Source: Rhodospirillaceae bacterium (lineage in GTDB: Bacteria > Pseudomonadota > Alphaproteobacteria > Dongiales > Dongiaceae). From it: a stretch of 64,000 bases of DNA. Below are positions 19,240-29,482 of this stretch, one piece after another. Where the stretch lies: NCBI GenBank assembly GCA_034439975.1, contig JAWXBK010000110.1, positions 18,818 to 82,817 of the forward strand, read 5' to 3'. The notes beneath the pieces were generated by a model. The model had not been told where the DNA came from, ran no database searches, and saw nothing but the letters and a program-made list of their open reading frames with translations. The number at the start of each line of letters is the position of its first letter. Within the stretch, counting starts at the first letter, position 1. The position numbers and the translations under genes are program-made.

Positions 19240-20607
19240 TTATTCCTTCTTCCTGTCCTTCCGGCCGCGTTGCTTGCGCGCCCGGAACTCGGTGGCCCAG
19301 CCGTCCTTGATCGTCTCTTCGCCGCGCGCAACGACGAGCGCATCGGCCGGAACATTGCGCGTGACGACGCTTCCGGCAGCGACAATCGCACCGGCGCCGA
19401 TCTCAACCGGAGCCCGCAACACCACGTTCGAGCCGATCGACGCACCGTCGCCGATGCGAGTCTGGTGCTTGTCGAACCCGTCATAATTGGCCGTGATCGT
19501 TCCCGCACCGATATTGGCCTTCGCGCCGACGTCCGTATCGCCAACATAGGAAAGATGGTTGGCCTTGGCGCCTTCGCCGAAGCGGCTGTTCTTCACTTCG
19601 ACGAAATTGCCCACCTTTGCGTCGCGGCCGATCTTCGAGCCGGTGCGCAGTCGGGCGAAGGGCCCGATCGAGCAACCGCTTTCAATCGCCGCTCCCTCGA
19701 TATGACAGAAGGCGCCGATCGAGACGCCATCGGCAACCGACACGCCGGGCCCGAACACGACGTTCGGCCCGATGACGACATCCTGTCCGATGATTGTATC
19801 CCAGGCGAAGAAGACCGACGCGGGATCGATCAGCGTCGCGCCATTCGCCATGGCGGCGGCGCGCAGCCGCGTCTGCATCACAGCCTCGGCGACAGCCAGA
19901 TCGGCGCGGCTGTTGATGCCGAGCAGCTCGTCTTCCGCCGCCTCGACGACGGCACAGGCCGCATTGTCCTTGCGGGCGATGGCAACGATGTCGGTCAGAT
20001 AGAATTCCTTCTTGGCATTGTGATCGTCGAGCCGGTCGATGAGCGACCGCAGTTTCGATCCATCGATCGCCATGACTCCGGAATTGCACAAACCGATCGT
20101 GCGCTCCATGGCGCTCGCATCGCGGAATTCGACGATCCGTTCGAGGCGCCCGGCGCCATCGACAATAAGCCGCCCATATTCGGCCGGACTTTCCGGCCGG
20201 AAGCCGAGCACCACGACGGCTGGATTGTCGCTTGCGCGACGACGCTCGAGCATGCGGCGGAGCGTTTCGGTGCGGATGAACGGCGTGTCGCCATAGAGCA
20301 CCAGCACGTCGCCGGTTTGCCCCTCAAGCGACGTCAATGCAGCAGCAACAGCATGGCCGGTCCCGCGTTGCTCTGGCTGGATGGCGGTCGGTCGCGGTGC
20401 GACGGCGGCTGCGACCTCGGGCATGTCCGGTGCGACGACCACGATCTCGGACCGGCACCCGAGCGGCGCGAGGCCGGAAAGGACATGACCGATCAGCGGC
20501 AGACCGGCGACCCGGTGCATGACCTTCGGCAGACGCGAGCGCATCCGCGTGCCCCTGCCGGCGGCAAGCAGGACCGCAGCCGGCCGATTTTCGTCCCTTT
20601 GAGCCAA
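19240..20607 (-). CDS. glmU: Bifunctional GlcNAc-1-P uridyltransferase / GlcN-1-P acetyltransferase
   Basis: LLAAGRGTRMRS nucleotide-binding motif and a C-terminal hexapeptide-repeat region. The proposed start is the TTG at 20607, 4 nt after GGAGG. The track start at 20679 is a GTG 24 codons upstream. Confidence 0.88.
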   Translation of the reverse strand: MAQRDENRPAAVLLAAGRGTRMRSRLPKVMHRVAGLPLIGHVLSGLAPLGCRSEIVVVAPDMPEVAAAVAPRPTAIQPEQRGTGHAVAAALTSLEGQTGDVLVLYGDTPFIRTETLRRMLERRRASDNPAVVVLGFRPESPAEYGRLIVDGAGRLERIVEFRDASAMERTIGLCNSGVMAIDGSKLRSLIDRLDDHNAKKEFYLTDIVAIARKDNAACAVVEAAEDELLGINSRADLAVAEAVMQTRLRAAAMANGATLIDPASVFFAWDTIIGQDVVIGPNVVFGPGVSVADGVSIGAFCHIEGAAIESGCSIGPFARLRTGSKIGRDAKVGNFVEVKNSRFGEGAKANHLSYVGDTDVGAKANIGAGTITANYDGFDKHQTRIGDGASIGSNVVLRAPVEIGAGAIVAAGSVVTRNVPADALVVARGEETIKDGWATEFRARKQRGRKDRKKE

Positions 20608-20809
20608 GACCCCTCCACGGGTGGTTCGCGCCGGCAACCCTACCCGGCCGCCTTGCTCCGGAACAGTCCGGGTGGCCACCTCGATGCCGATCCGACGCTA
20701 TCGGCCGATTATGGCGCGGCCATGACCCTGAAACTCGGATGCGGCGCCAGACTTGCGACCAGGCGCGGCCGTCCGCAAGATCGCCGAAGGATTGGAGCAA
20801 AGGGTCGCC

Positions 20810-22462
20810 ATGCCGTCGCCGAATCAACCCCATCTGATTAGGGTCGCGTTCGACTGCGCAAAACGCGGCGACTTCAAAGGCGTGTCGAAAGTTTGCCGGC
20901 ATATCCTGCAGGCGGACCCGGAGCAGCCGGATGCGCTGCATTGCATGGGTCTCTTGCAACGCCAGAACGGCGATACCGAAACGGCGGTCCGAAGTCACGA
21001 ACGCGCCGTCAGCGGCCGGCCGGGCAATGCCGAGTACCGGAATGCGCTGGGCCTCGCCTATCGGGCGGCCGGCCGCATTGCGGATGCAATCGACGCATAC
21101 GAAGCGGCATTGCGAACCGACGCCGATTTCGCCGACGCCTATGTCAATCTCGGTGTGATCTATCTGGAGCGCGGCGACCATCGCAACGCCATCGCCCGCT
21201 TTCGCGCCGCCGTCGAGCGGTGTCCGTCCGATCCGCAGTTTCATGTGGCACTGGGGCGGGCGCTGGCCGCCGCCGGCGATTCCGCGACGGCCGTGGAATC
21301 TTATCGACGCGCGCTGTCGATCGCACCGACTATCGGGCCGGCCTGGGCGGGAATCGGCGACCTTCATCTGGCCGCCGGCGACGAGCGGGCCGCAATGACC
21401 GCTTTCGCAGACGGCATTGCCAGCGATCCCCGCGATGCCGGCAACTATCTTCGGCTCGCACCGATCCTGCTCGCGCTTGGCCAGACGACCGATGCGGTCG
21501 GGTGTCTGCGGCGCGGTGTCGATCAGAATCCCGGATCGGTACCACTCCATGTCGCGCTGGCGCGTGTGATGTTGCGGGCCGGCCTCTGGGACGAGGCCTG
21601 GGCGCATTACGAACGTCGCCTGGCGCTGCCGCTTTACTTGAACGAGATGCGACGTTTCGTGCAGCGACCCTGGGATGGCAGCGATCCCGCAGGGATGACG
21701 ATCTGCGTCCACTGCGAACCGTCGGCCGGCGAGAGCATCGTGCTGTTGCGGTATCTCGAACCGCTCGCCGAACGCGGCGCTCAGATTGTTCTGCGCTGCC
21801 CGCCGCCGCTCCGCCATCTTCTCTCATCGCTTACGGTGCCGGTCGCAGTGCGCAGTACCGACGAAGCGCTGCCGCCGTTCGACCGGCAAACCTGGCTCGG
21901 TTTGCTGCCATTGCTGTTGAAACAACCGAATCCCGGCGCGCTTGCGACCCGGCCCGACGGGTTCGGTGCCGGCAATGCCACGGCGCGCTGGGCCGAGCGC
22001 TGCGCCGGGCTACCGCGGCCCATTGTCGGATTGCACTGGCGCAGCATGAGCGCCCGGGCACTCGACGACCCCCATCGCCTGCTCATGACGGTTGCGCAGT
22101 CGGCCTGCGGTCTGATCGCGTTGCAGGATCGAACAGTCGGCCCCGAGATTCAGAAATCCGGACTGGTCGAACGCATGATCCAGGTCGGCGCGGAACTGTC
22201 CGACGGCGGAGATATCGTGGCCGACATTGCCGCGGCAGCTGAGCAGTGCGATCTGGTGATAACGGTCGATTCGGCGATCGCACAAATCGCAGCAACGCTC
22301 GGTCGCTGCACCATCGTGCTAATCCGCGGCAGCGAGGATTTCTGGTGGCCGGCCGAGAGCTCCGATGTACCGTGGCTCGGAGACGTCCATCTCCACCACC
22401 GACGCCACCGCGAAACTGACGAGCAGTATCTCGAACGTCTGAAGCCGTTGCTCGCCAGCTAG
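20810..22462 (+). CDS. TPR-repeat protein with C-terminal GT9-like (heptosyltransferase-fold) domain
   Basis: The ATG at 20810 follows GGAGCAAAGGG. The N-terminal half has repeated TPR units (A..Y...L..DP.......LG). The C-terminal part contains CDLVITVDSAIAQIAATLG, typical of the GT9 fold. Confidence 0.78.
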   Translation: MPSPNQPHLIRVAFDCAKRGDFKGVSKVCRHILQADPEQPDALHCMGLLQRQNGDTETAVRSHERAVSGRPGNAEYRNALGLAYRAAGRIADAIDAYEAALRTDADFADAYVNLGVIYLERGDHRNAIARFRAAVERCPSDPQFHVALGRALAAAGDSATAVESYRRALSIAPTIGPAWAGIGDLHLAAGDERAAMTAFADGIASDPRDAGNYLRLAPILLALGQTTDAVGCLRRGVDQNPGSVPLHVALARVMLRAGLWDEAWAHYERRLALPLYLNEMRRFVQRPWDGSDPAGMTICVHCEPSAGESIVLLRYLEPLAERGAQIVLRCPPPLRHLLSSLTVPVAVRSTDEALPPFDRQTWLGLLPLLLKQPNPGALATRPDGFGAGNATARWAERCAGLPRPIVGLHWRSMSARALDDPHRLLMTVAQSACGLIALQDRTVGPEIQKSGLVERMIQVGAELSDGGDIVADIAAAAEQCDLVITVDSAIAQIAATLGRCTIVLIRGSEDFWWPAESSDVPWLGDVHLHHRRHRETDEQYLERLKPLLAS

Positions 22463-22484
22463 CAACAAACCCGATTGCCGGGAG

Positions 22485-23306
22485 TTATTCGCCGGATGCG
22501 AACGGCTGGGCGCTCACCAGTTCGAGACGAAGTTCGCCGAGCGCCATGCGCGCCGATACCGCGATCGGCACCATGACAGCCGAGTCGAGCAGCGGCGCGA
22601 ACCAGATCGTCAGTTCTCGCGGATAATATCCGGAGCTCGACGCGCTGGTCGGGAAGCCCGAGCGATATTCGATCGACAGACGGCAGGCGATCACTTCCCC
22701 CGCCGCAATCGCAGGGCCAGACGTAAACCGCGCCGGCGGCGGCGTCGCATCGCTGCCCACGACGGTGAGATCATAGCGGCGGATTCCGTCGAAGACCGGC
22801 AGCTGACCGCTGCAGCCGCCGCGCGCCATCGCCTGATCCATCAGAACGATGCCGGCACTGACCGGATCAATCGTCCCGGTTTCGAAACCGCTCTCGAGCG
22901 CCACCCGCGTTTCGCGCGTCGGCGGATCGGCAAAGACCGTGACCGCGCCGCCTGCGGCATAGTCGAGATCGACGCGCTGCACATACTGGCCTGCGGTCGA
23001 CACGCTGCGATGCCAGAGCGGATGCAGCGTCTCGCCCTGCCGCCCGCCATCGGATTCGAGTTGCATCTGAAATGGTATCCAGGCTGCAGCGTTCTGGTTC
23101 GTTGCGAGCGACACATTGGCGTTGAACACATCGATGCGACCGCTCTGCCGGGCGAGATCCGCGCGCAGGTCGGTCTCGATCAGAGGCACCATGCCGAGAT
23201 AACCGACATAGCGCAGAGCCCAGGAATCTGCCTGCGCCGGACCGGCGGCGCCGAGGATCGAAAGGACAGCCAGAAAGCCGATTGCTCTCAGTATGTTGCC
23301 GTTCAT
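22485..23306 (-). CDS. Secreted hypothetical protein (possibly DUF3108-like)
   Basis: 273 aa, ATG at 23306. It has a signal peptide (AIGFLAVLSILGAAGPAQA). The family assignment is tentative. Confidence 0.65.
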   Translation of the reverse strand: MNGNILRAIGFLAVLSILGAAGPAQADSWALRYVGYLGMVPLIETDLRADLARQSGRIDVFNANVSLATNQNAAAWIPFQMQLESDGGRQGETLHPLWHRSVSTAGQYVQRVDLDYAAGGAVTVFADPPTRETRVALESGFETGTIDPVSAGIVLMDQAMARGGCSGQLPVFDGIRRYDLTVVGSDATPPPARFTSGPAIAAGEVIACRLSIEYRSGFPTSASSSGYYPRELTIWFAPLLDSAVMVPIAVSARMALGELRLELVSAQPFASGE

Positions 23307-23383
23307 TGGGGGATCCGGTCCTCTTCGGTTGACAGGGCGCGGGACGCTGCCCTAAGCAGGCGCCGACAGACGGTTGCGGGTTC

Positions 23384-23458
23384 GGGCGCGTAGCTCAGCG
23401 GGAGAGCACTGCCTTCACACGGCAGGGGTCACAGGTTCAATCCCTGTCGCGCCCACCA
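23384..23458 (+). tRNA. tRNA-Val (anticodon CAC)
   Basis: Folded by hand as a cloverleaf. Acceptor GGGCGCG/CGCGCCC, D stem GCTC/GAGC, anticodon stem CTGCC/GGCAG with loop TTCACAC, T arm ACAGG-TTCAATC-CCTGT, and an encoded CCA. Confidence 0.93.
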
Positions 23459-23606
23459 TCCAGACACCCAGCGCTACATGATTTTCAGTAGTCCGACATA
23501 GTGTCGATATTGTGACTGGTTTGAAATTCGGGCGACGTTCGGGCACGGCGATTGCCGCCACTTTCCCCTTCTTTGCGTCGCCGCCGCGCCTCAACGAAAC
23601 CGCCTT

Positions 23607-24317
23607 TTAGCGCCGAACGACAGGGCCGTGCGGTCGACGCGAAACCACGAGCGCAATCGCAATCCCGATCATGCCGATCAGCACGGCAAGTCCGGCCTGG
23701 AAGCGTTCGATCCAGTCCATGAGGCCGGGCTCGGGTGGCGGGGGCAGTTCCGACGGCGGCGGTTCGAAACCCGGAACGGTGGCCCACAGACCGGCCGAGT
23801 GCTCGCGCGCCGCTCGTTCCGCCTCGTCATAACGATCGGCCAGTGCCGGATCCGCGGACGGAGCACGGGTGGTCTGCCGATCCACGATTCCCATGCCCGC
23901 CTCGAGCATCGTTTCGACGAGATCGTCAGCGCCGATGCTGCAGGAAACGAGCGAGCGCCGGAACCGGTCATGCCCGGCCGAATAACAATCGAGCTCGGCT
24001 TCGCTGAGAACGAGCTCCAGAGCCACCCGGGCAATCGCATCGGCCCGCCAGTCTCCCGGGAAACTGCGCAGTCCATAGAGTTTGAAATGTTCCCCTTCCA
24101 GCTGCAGCGTGACCGCGTCGATCACGACTGGAACGCCGGTGAAGTGACGTGGCGGCAAGGGCTCGAGAGGCAGCGCGTCGACCGGCTCGACCGGGATGGC
24201 CGGGGGTGGCGTTGCCTCCTGGGCGCGGACCGCAGCCGACGTCAACGCGCCACCAAACAGGGCCGCCGACGGCAACAGGGCCGCGAGGAAGATCGTCCGA
24301 ATCAGGCGTTGTTTCAT
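23607..24317 (-). CDS. Membrane-anchored SNase-like (thermonuclease family) domain protein
   Basis: ATG at 24317 (MKQRLIRTIFLAALLPSAALF signal). The core is VVIDAVTLQLEGEHFKLYGL ... AEREHSAGLWA-type. A Pro-rich linker precedes a C-terminal TM (GLAVLIGMIGIAIALVV). The catalytic motif looks degenerate. Confidence 0.6.
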   Translation of the reverse strand: MKQRLIRTIFLAALLPSAALFGGALTSAAVRAQEATPPPAIPVEPVDALPLEPLPPRHFTGVPVVIDAVTLQLEGEHFKLYGLRSFPGDWRADAIARVALELVLSEAELDCYSAGHDRFRRSLVSCSIGADDLVETMLEAGMGIVDRQTTRAPSADPALADRYDEAERAAREHSAGLWATVPGFEPPPSELPPPPEPGLMDWIERFQAGLAVLIGMIGIAIALVVSRRPHGPVVRR

Positions 24318-24491
24318 GGTGCCGAGTCTGTCGCGTCGCGGAAGCCGATACAACCACGATGCACCACAAGGTATTCGATTGCCGGTTGGTTCCCCCGGGA
24401 TCGGCCCCTAATATCCCGCCGCCGATCATGGCCGCATCGGCGGGGCCCAGCCGCAGCGACGGCATCGGGCGCGCCACGGGGGACTATAGGG

Positions 24492-25283
24492 ATGAACACG
24501 GGTGAACTGGCTGCGCTGGCCCCCCAAATTGCGGCTGCCGCTCGCGCCGCGGGCGAGCGGATCATGGATTATTACGGCCAGGCACTGGTCGCACGTGCAA
24601 AGGACGATCGCTCGCCCGTGACGGACGCGGACGATGCGGCCGAACGCATCATTCTTCCGGTTCTCGACGATCTGCTTCCGGGCGTTCCGACTGTTTCCGA
24701 GGAAGCGGTGTCGCGCGACGGCGCACCCGAAATCGGAGCGGCCGGCGCTGCACGACGCTTCTGGCTCGTCGACCCGTTGGATGGCACCAAGGAATTTATC
24801 AGCCGCAATGGCGAGTTCACGGTGAACATCGCGCTCATCGTCGACGCGGCGCCCCTGCTCGGTGTCGTACATTTGCCTGCGCTGGGAACGACTTATATCG
24901 GCATCGTCGGCAAAGGCACCACAGTGGAAACCGCTGAAGGGCAACGCCGCGATATCACCGCGCGCGTACCGCCCAGTGCCGGCGTCACGGTGCTCGCCAG
25001 CCGTTCGCATGGCAACGATGCGGCACTCGATGCGTTTCTCAAGGACATGCGTATCGCCGATCGTATCAATGCCGGGAGCTCGCTGAAATTCTGCCGTGTC
25101 GCGGAAGGGATGGCCGATATCTATCCCCGTCTCGGCCGAACGATGGAGTGGGATACGGCAGCCGGACAGGCGGTGCTGGCGGCCGCCGGCGGCAGCGTCT
25201 GTCGGATCGACGGCACACCCCTGACTTATGGCAAACCCGGATTCGAGAACCCGCATTTCGTCGCCCGCGGGCGCAAGGGATGA
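24492..25283 (+). CDS. cysQ: 3'(2'),5'-bisphosphate nucleotidase
   Basis: In-frame ATG at 24492. Motifs: KDDRSPVTDADDAAE, VSEE, WLVDPLDGTKEF and WDTAAG (inositol monophosphatase family). Confidence 0.85.
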   Translation: MNTGELAALAPQIAAAARAAGERIMDYYGQALVARAKDDRSPVTDADDAAERIILPVLDDLLPGVPTVSEEAVSRDGAPEIGAAGAARRFWLVDPLDGTKEFISRNGEFTVNIALIVDAAPLLGVVHLPALGTTYIGIVGKGTTVETAEGQRRDITARVPPSAGVTVLASRSHGNDAALDAFLKDMRIADRINAGSSLKFCRVAEGMADIYPRLGRTMEWDTAAGQAVLAAAGGSVCRIDGTPLTYGKPGFENPHFVARGRKG

Positions 25284-26257
25284 TGGCCACAGTCAAAATT
25301 GTATCGGGCGATGAAGCGGGGCTCCGCGCTGCCGCCAAAATTATCGCAAAGGGCGGACTGGTCGCGATACCGACGGAAACGGTTTATGGCCTCGCTGGCG
25401 ACGCGACAAACGACCGCGCCGTTGCGCGGATCTTCGAGGCGAAGGCACGGCCGCAGTTCAATCCGCTCATTGTTCATGTTGCCAACCGCTCCATGGCAGC
25501 GAAGCTGGTCACGTTGAACCGAAGCGCCGAGCGTCTCGCGGATGCCTTCTGGCCCGGGCCTCTTACGCTCGTTCTGCCCCGACGACGGGGCGCGCCGGTA
25601 TCGCTGCTCGCGAGCGCGGGCCTGGACACGCTCGCGATACGCATGCCGGCACACCCCATCGCACTCGACCTGATACGCCTGAGCGGCTGCCCGCTGGCAG
25701 CACCCAGTGCCAACCCTTCCGGCCGTCTTACCCCGACCGAAGCGGCGCATGTTGCGGCGTCGCTGGGCGACCGCATCGACCTCATCCTCGATGGCGGGCG
25801 TTGCACGATCGGTATCGAAAGCACCGTGCTGGATCTGACCGAGCCGACACCGCGGATGCTTCGCCAGGGCGGTCTGCCGCAGGAAGCAATCGAAGCGATC
25901 ATCGGACCGATCGCATTAGGGCATCCTGAGGGCGCGATCCGTTCGCCCGGCATGACGGCGAGCCACTATGCACCGTCGATCAGACTGCGAATGAACGCGA
26001 CATCCGTGACGGCGGGCGAAGCATTGCTGGCGTTTGGGCCACACCCCCTTCCCGGTGCCGCGACAACGCTGAACCTGAGCCCCAGTTCGGACCTGACCGA
26101 GGCCGCAGCCAATTTCTTTGCGATGCTGCACCGGCTCGACGATCGGCGCTACAGCGGCATCGCGGTCATGCCGGTTCCGGAAACCGGGCTCGGCACTGCG
26201 ATCAACGATCGCCTCTGCCGCGCCGCGGCGGATGACGCCGGCAACCGGGGCGATTAA
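25280..26257 (+). CDS. tsaC: L-threonylcarbamoyladenylate synthase (Sua5/YwlC type)
   Basis: The ATG at 25280 overlaps the cysQ stop (ATGA). Motifs: GGLVAIPTETVYGLAGDA, KARPQFNPLIVHV, SANPSG. Confidence 0.9.
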   Translation: MMATVKIVSGDEAGLRAAAKIIAKGGLVAIPTETVYGLAGDATNDRAVARIFEAKARPQFNPLIVHVANRSMAAKLVTLNRSAERLADAFWPGPLTLVLPRRRGAPVSLLASAGLDTLAIRMPAHPIALDLIRLSGCPLAAPSANPSGRLTPTEAAHVAASLGDRIDLILDGGRCTIGIESTVLDLTEPTPRMLRQGGLPQEAIEAIIGPIALGHPEGAIRSPGMTASHYAPSIRLRMNATSVTAGEALLAFGPHPLPGAATTLNLSPSSDLTEAAANFFAMLHRLDDRRYSGIAVMPVPETGLGTAINDRLCRAAADDAGNRGD

Positions 26258-26267
26258 TCTGACGTCG

Positions 26268-27683
26268 ATGGAACATCCCGATCCATTCGTTTCCCGCGTA
26301 CAGGCATTGCTCGGCGAGGCTGGCTGTCTCGCTACGCCGGAACTTATGGCTCGTTATCTCCGCGACTGGCGCGGCCTGTATGAAGGTAAAGCCCGCCTTG
26401 TCGCGCGACCGGGCTCGACAGAAGAAGTCGCGGCCCTGGTCCGGCTCTGTGCGGAAGAACGTATCGGCATTGTCCCGCAAGGTGGCAATACCGGGCTGGT
26501 CGGCGGTGCGACGCCATCGACGGGCGGAAGCGATATCGTGTTATCGCTCGAACGTCTGAACCGCATTCGATCGCTCGATCCGGCCGATTTCAGCATAACA
26601 GTCGATGCCGGCTGCATTCTTGCCGACGTACAGAACGCCGCTGCCGGCGTCGACCGGCTGTTTCCGCTAAGCCTCGGCGCCGAGGGAACCTGTCAGATCG
26701 GCGGCAACATCTCGACCAATGCGGGCGGGATCAATGTCGTGCGTTACGGCAACACCCGGGATCTCGTTCTGGGCCTTGAGATCGTGTTGCCCGACGGTTC
26801 GATCTGGGACGATCTTCGTCGCGTGCGCAAAGACAACACGGGCTATCCCTTGCGACAGCTCTTCATCGGTGCCGAAGGCACGCTGGGCATCATTACCGCG
26901 GCAGCATTGAAACTCTTTCCGGTTCCCCGGCAGCGGGCAACGGCCCTCGTCGCGGTTGCCAACGCACAATCCGCCTGCGACCTATTCAGCTTCTTCGAGA
27001 CGCGCCTCGGCGATTGCATCGCCAGCTTCGAGTACATGTCGGCGGCGGCGCTGCAACTCGCCATTGACCGGATTCCGGGCACCTTGTGGCCATTGGGTGC
27101 TGCTGTCACCGATTGCGTCTTGGTCGAATTGAGCTGGACGCTTGAGCAACCGCCCCTCACTGAATTGCTGGAGGCGACGCTCGCCAGCGGCATGGAAACC
27201 GGCGTCATGGTCGATGCCGTCCTCGCCGACAGCGAAGCCAAGAGACTGGCGCTCTGGCGCATAAGGGAGGGCGTTGTCGAAGCGCAGCGGGTGACCGGTG
27301 CAAGCATCAAGCACGATGTCTCCGTGCCGATTTCCGAGGTCGCCGCTTTTATAGCGCAGGCGAATGCCGCCGTATCGAAAATTCTGCCGGGCACGCGCAT
27401 TCTGCCCTTCGGTCATCTCGGCGACGGGAACATTCACTACAATCTGATGCGGCCGCTTTCGATCGGGGATCCTGTGTTCCTGAGTAATGCCGAAATACTG
27501 ATACGCGCCGTTCACGACATTGTCCGCGATTTCGGCGGATCGTTTAGCGCCGAACACGGGCTCGGACAATTGCGTCGCAGCGAAGCGGATCGATATAAGG
27601 CGTCGGCGGAACGCGACATGATGAAACGCATCAAGACTGTCTTCGACCCGCATGGTTTGATGAACCCCGGCAAGGTCCTATGA
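26268..27683 (+). CDS. FAD-linked oxidase (GlcD / D-2-hydroxyacid dehydrogenase-like)
   Basis: In-frame ATG at 26268. It has an FAD-binding PCMH-type region (VARPGSTEEVAALVRLC...IVPQGGNTGLVGG) and the C-terminal SAEHGLG. Confidence 0.85.
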   Translation: MEHPDPFVSRVQALLGEAGCLATPELMARYLRDWRGLYEGKARLVARPGSTEEVAALVRLCAEERIGIVPQGGNTGLVGGATPSTGGSDIVLSLERLNRIRSLDPADFSITVDAGCILADVQNAAAGVDRLFPLSLGAEGTCQIGGNISTNAGGINVVRYGNTRDLVLGLEIVLPDGSIWDDLRRVRKDNTGYPLRQLFIGAEGTLGIITAAALKLFPVPRQRATALVAVANAQSACDLFSFFETRLGDCIASFEYMSAAALQLAIDRIPGTLWPLGAAVTDCVLVELSWTLEQPPLTELLEATLASGMETGVMVDAVLADSEAKRLALWRIREGVVEAQRVTGASIKHDVSVPISEVAAFIAQANAAVSKILPGTRILPFGHLGDGNIHYNLMRPLSIGDPVFLSNAEILIRAVHDIVRDFGGSFSAEHGLGQLRRSEADRYKASAERDMMKRIKTVFDPHGLMNPGKVL

Positions 27684-29482
27684 GCAATTTGACGACAGGT
27701 ACATACCGGGCACCGCTCGACGACATCCAGTATTCCTTACAAGCTTATGGATCGATCGGTTCATTGCGGCAGTTTCCGCGATTTGAAACAGCAACCCAGG
27801 ACATTGTCGATGCCGTCCTGACAGAGGGCGCGCGGTTCGCCGAGCGCGTGTTCGCCCCGCTCGATCGGGTCGGCGATCTGCATGGCTGCACGATCGCGGA
27901 GGCCGACGTCACGACGCCGCCGGGCTTCCGCGAAGCCTATCGCAGCTTCGTCGAGCAGGGCTGGCAGGGTGTGCCGTTCGACCCGGATCATGGCGGTCAG
28001 GGGTTGCCGTGGACTGTCGCCGCAGCGCTTCAGGAAATGTTGTATGCGGCGAACATGGCGCTGTCGTTGTGTCCATTGCTGACGCAGGGCGCGATCGACC
28101 TGCTTGAAGCCCATGGCAGCAGCGCGCAGAAACGACGGTATCTCGGCAGGCTCGTCTCCGGTCAGTGGAGCGGGAGTATGAACCTGACCGAACCGCAAGC
28201 CGGCAGCGATGTCGGCGCGCTGGCAACGCGAGCGTTCAGGGACGGGGATGGCTGGAGGATCGTCGGGCAGAAGATTTTCATTACCTTCGGCGAGCATGAT
28301 CTGACCGAGAATATCGTGCATCTGGTGCTCGCGCGCACGCCGGATGCGCCACCCGGTACGAAGGGCATCTCACTCTTTATCGTCCCGAAGTTCGTTGTCG
28401 ACCCCGAAGGCAGACCCGGCGCGCGGAACGATCTTCGCTGCCTTTCGCTCGAACGAAAGCTCGGCATTCACGGCAGCCCGACCTGCGCCATGTCTTATGG
28501 CGATAACGGGGGCGCCGCCGCGGAACTTGTTGGCGAGGTCAATCAGGGCATGGCCCTGATGTTCACCATGATGAACAACGCACGCCTTGCCGTGGCGATC
28601 CAGGGCCTCGCCTGCGGCGAACGTGCCTGGCAGACCGCGCGCGCTTACGCCGGCGAACGCCGACAGGGACGGATCGCGAGGACGCCGGCTGGAAAATCCG
28701 CGGTCATCGCGAATCATCCGGATGTGCAGCGAATGCTGATGACAATGCGGGCGCTGATGGAAGGGATGCGGGCCCTGGTTTACGCAACCGCCGCTGCCAC
28801 GGATCGTGCGCGCCAGATGGAACCCGGCCAGCAGCGCGATCGCTGGCAGGCGCGCGCCGATCTGTTGACGCCCATCGCGAAAGCCTGGTGCACCGATCGC
28901 GGCTGCGAGATCGCCGACCTTGGCATTCAGGTTCATGGCGGAATGGGATACATCGAAGAGAGCGGTGCTGCGCAGATCTACCGGGATGCAAGGATTACGC
29001 CGATCTACGAAGGGACCAACGGCATCCAGGCCATCGATCTGCTCGGCCGCAAGCTGCTGCGCGATCAGGGCGCTGCTGTCTTCGCTCTCTGTAACGAGTT
29101 TCGCGAGGCGGTGCGGGGCAGCGGGAACAAATCCGTTGTCATACCGTTGCAGGCGTCGACCCTGGCCGCCCTCGACCGGCTGGATCGCTGCTCGAGACAT
29201 CTCATCGATGCCGCCAGCAAGAATCCAAACAACGCCCTGAGCGTTGCGACCCCGTATCTGCGATTGCTCGGCAACAGCATCGCCGCCGCGCTTCTGGTAC
29301 AGGGCGTTTCGATGGCATCGCAGCGCGCCGGCATGGAGAATGACGCTGCGCGGCGCAATGCTATTGTCGCTTTCTTCTGCGCCAGCATTCTTCCCGAGAC
29401 GGCAATGCTTGAAGCGCAGATTTTGGCGAACGATGCACTGGGTGCAACGGCAGCCATCGGACTTGAGCTGACAGAGCCATGA
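27680..29482 (+). CDS. Acyl-CoA dehydrogenase (long form)
   Basis: 600 aa. The start overlaps the upstream stop (ATGA). Motifs: LTEPQAGSD, GQKIFITFGEHD, QVHGGMGYIEE. Confidence 0.88.
   Translation: MSNLTTGTYRAPLDDIQYSLQAYGSIGSLRQFPRFETATQDIVDAVLTEGARFAERVFAPLDRVGDLHGCTIAEADVTTPPGFREAYRSFVEQGWQGVPFDPDHGGQGLPWTVAAALQEMLYAANMALSLCPLLTQGAIDLLEAHGSSAQKRRYLGRLVSGQWSGSMNLTEPQAGSDVGALATRAFRDGDGWRIVGQKIFITFGEHDLTENIVHLVLARTPDAPPGTKGISLFIVPKFVVDPEGRPGARNDLRCLSLERKLGIHGSPTCAMSYGDNGGAAAELVGEVNQGMALMFTMMNNARLAVAIQGLACGERAWQTARAYAGERRQGRIARTPAGKSAVIANHPDVQRMLMTMRALMEGMRALVYATAAATDRARQMEPGQQRDRWQARADLLTPIAKAWCTDRGCEIADLGIQVHGGMGYIEESGAAQIYRDARITPIYEGTNGIQAIDLLGRKLLRDQGAAVFALCNEFREAVRGSGNKSVVIPLQASTLAALDRLDRCSRHLIDAASKNPNNALSVATPYLRLLGNSIAAALLVQGVSMASQRAGMENDAARRNAIVAFFCASILPETAMLEAQILANDALGATAAIGLELTEP

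Noticed and set aside
12145-21817. Long ORFs 12145..14070(+), 17733..19310(+), 19207..20841(+) and 20324..21817(-).
   Set aside because: Each is the opposite strand of a confidently identified gene (gabD, glmS, glmU, TPR protein). They have shadow-ORF composition and lack ribosome sites.
23459-23606. An AT-richer stretch immediately 3' of tRNA-Val, considered as a remnant attachment site of an integrated element.
   Set aside because: It is only about 70 nt long. I found no integrase gene, no repeat of the tRNA 3' end and no flanking accessory genes.
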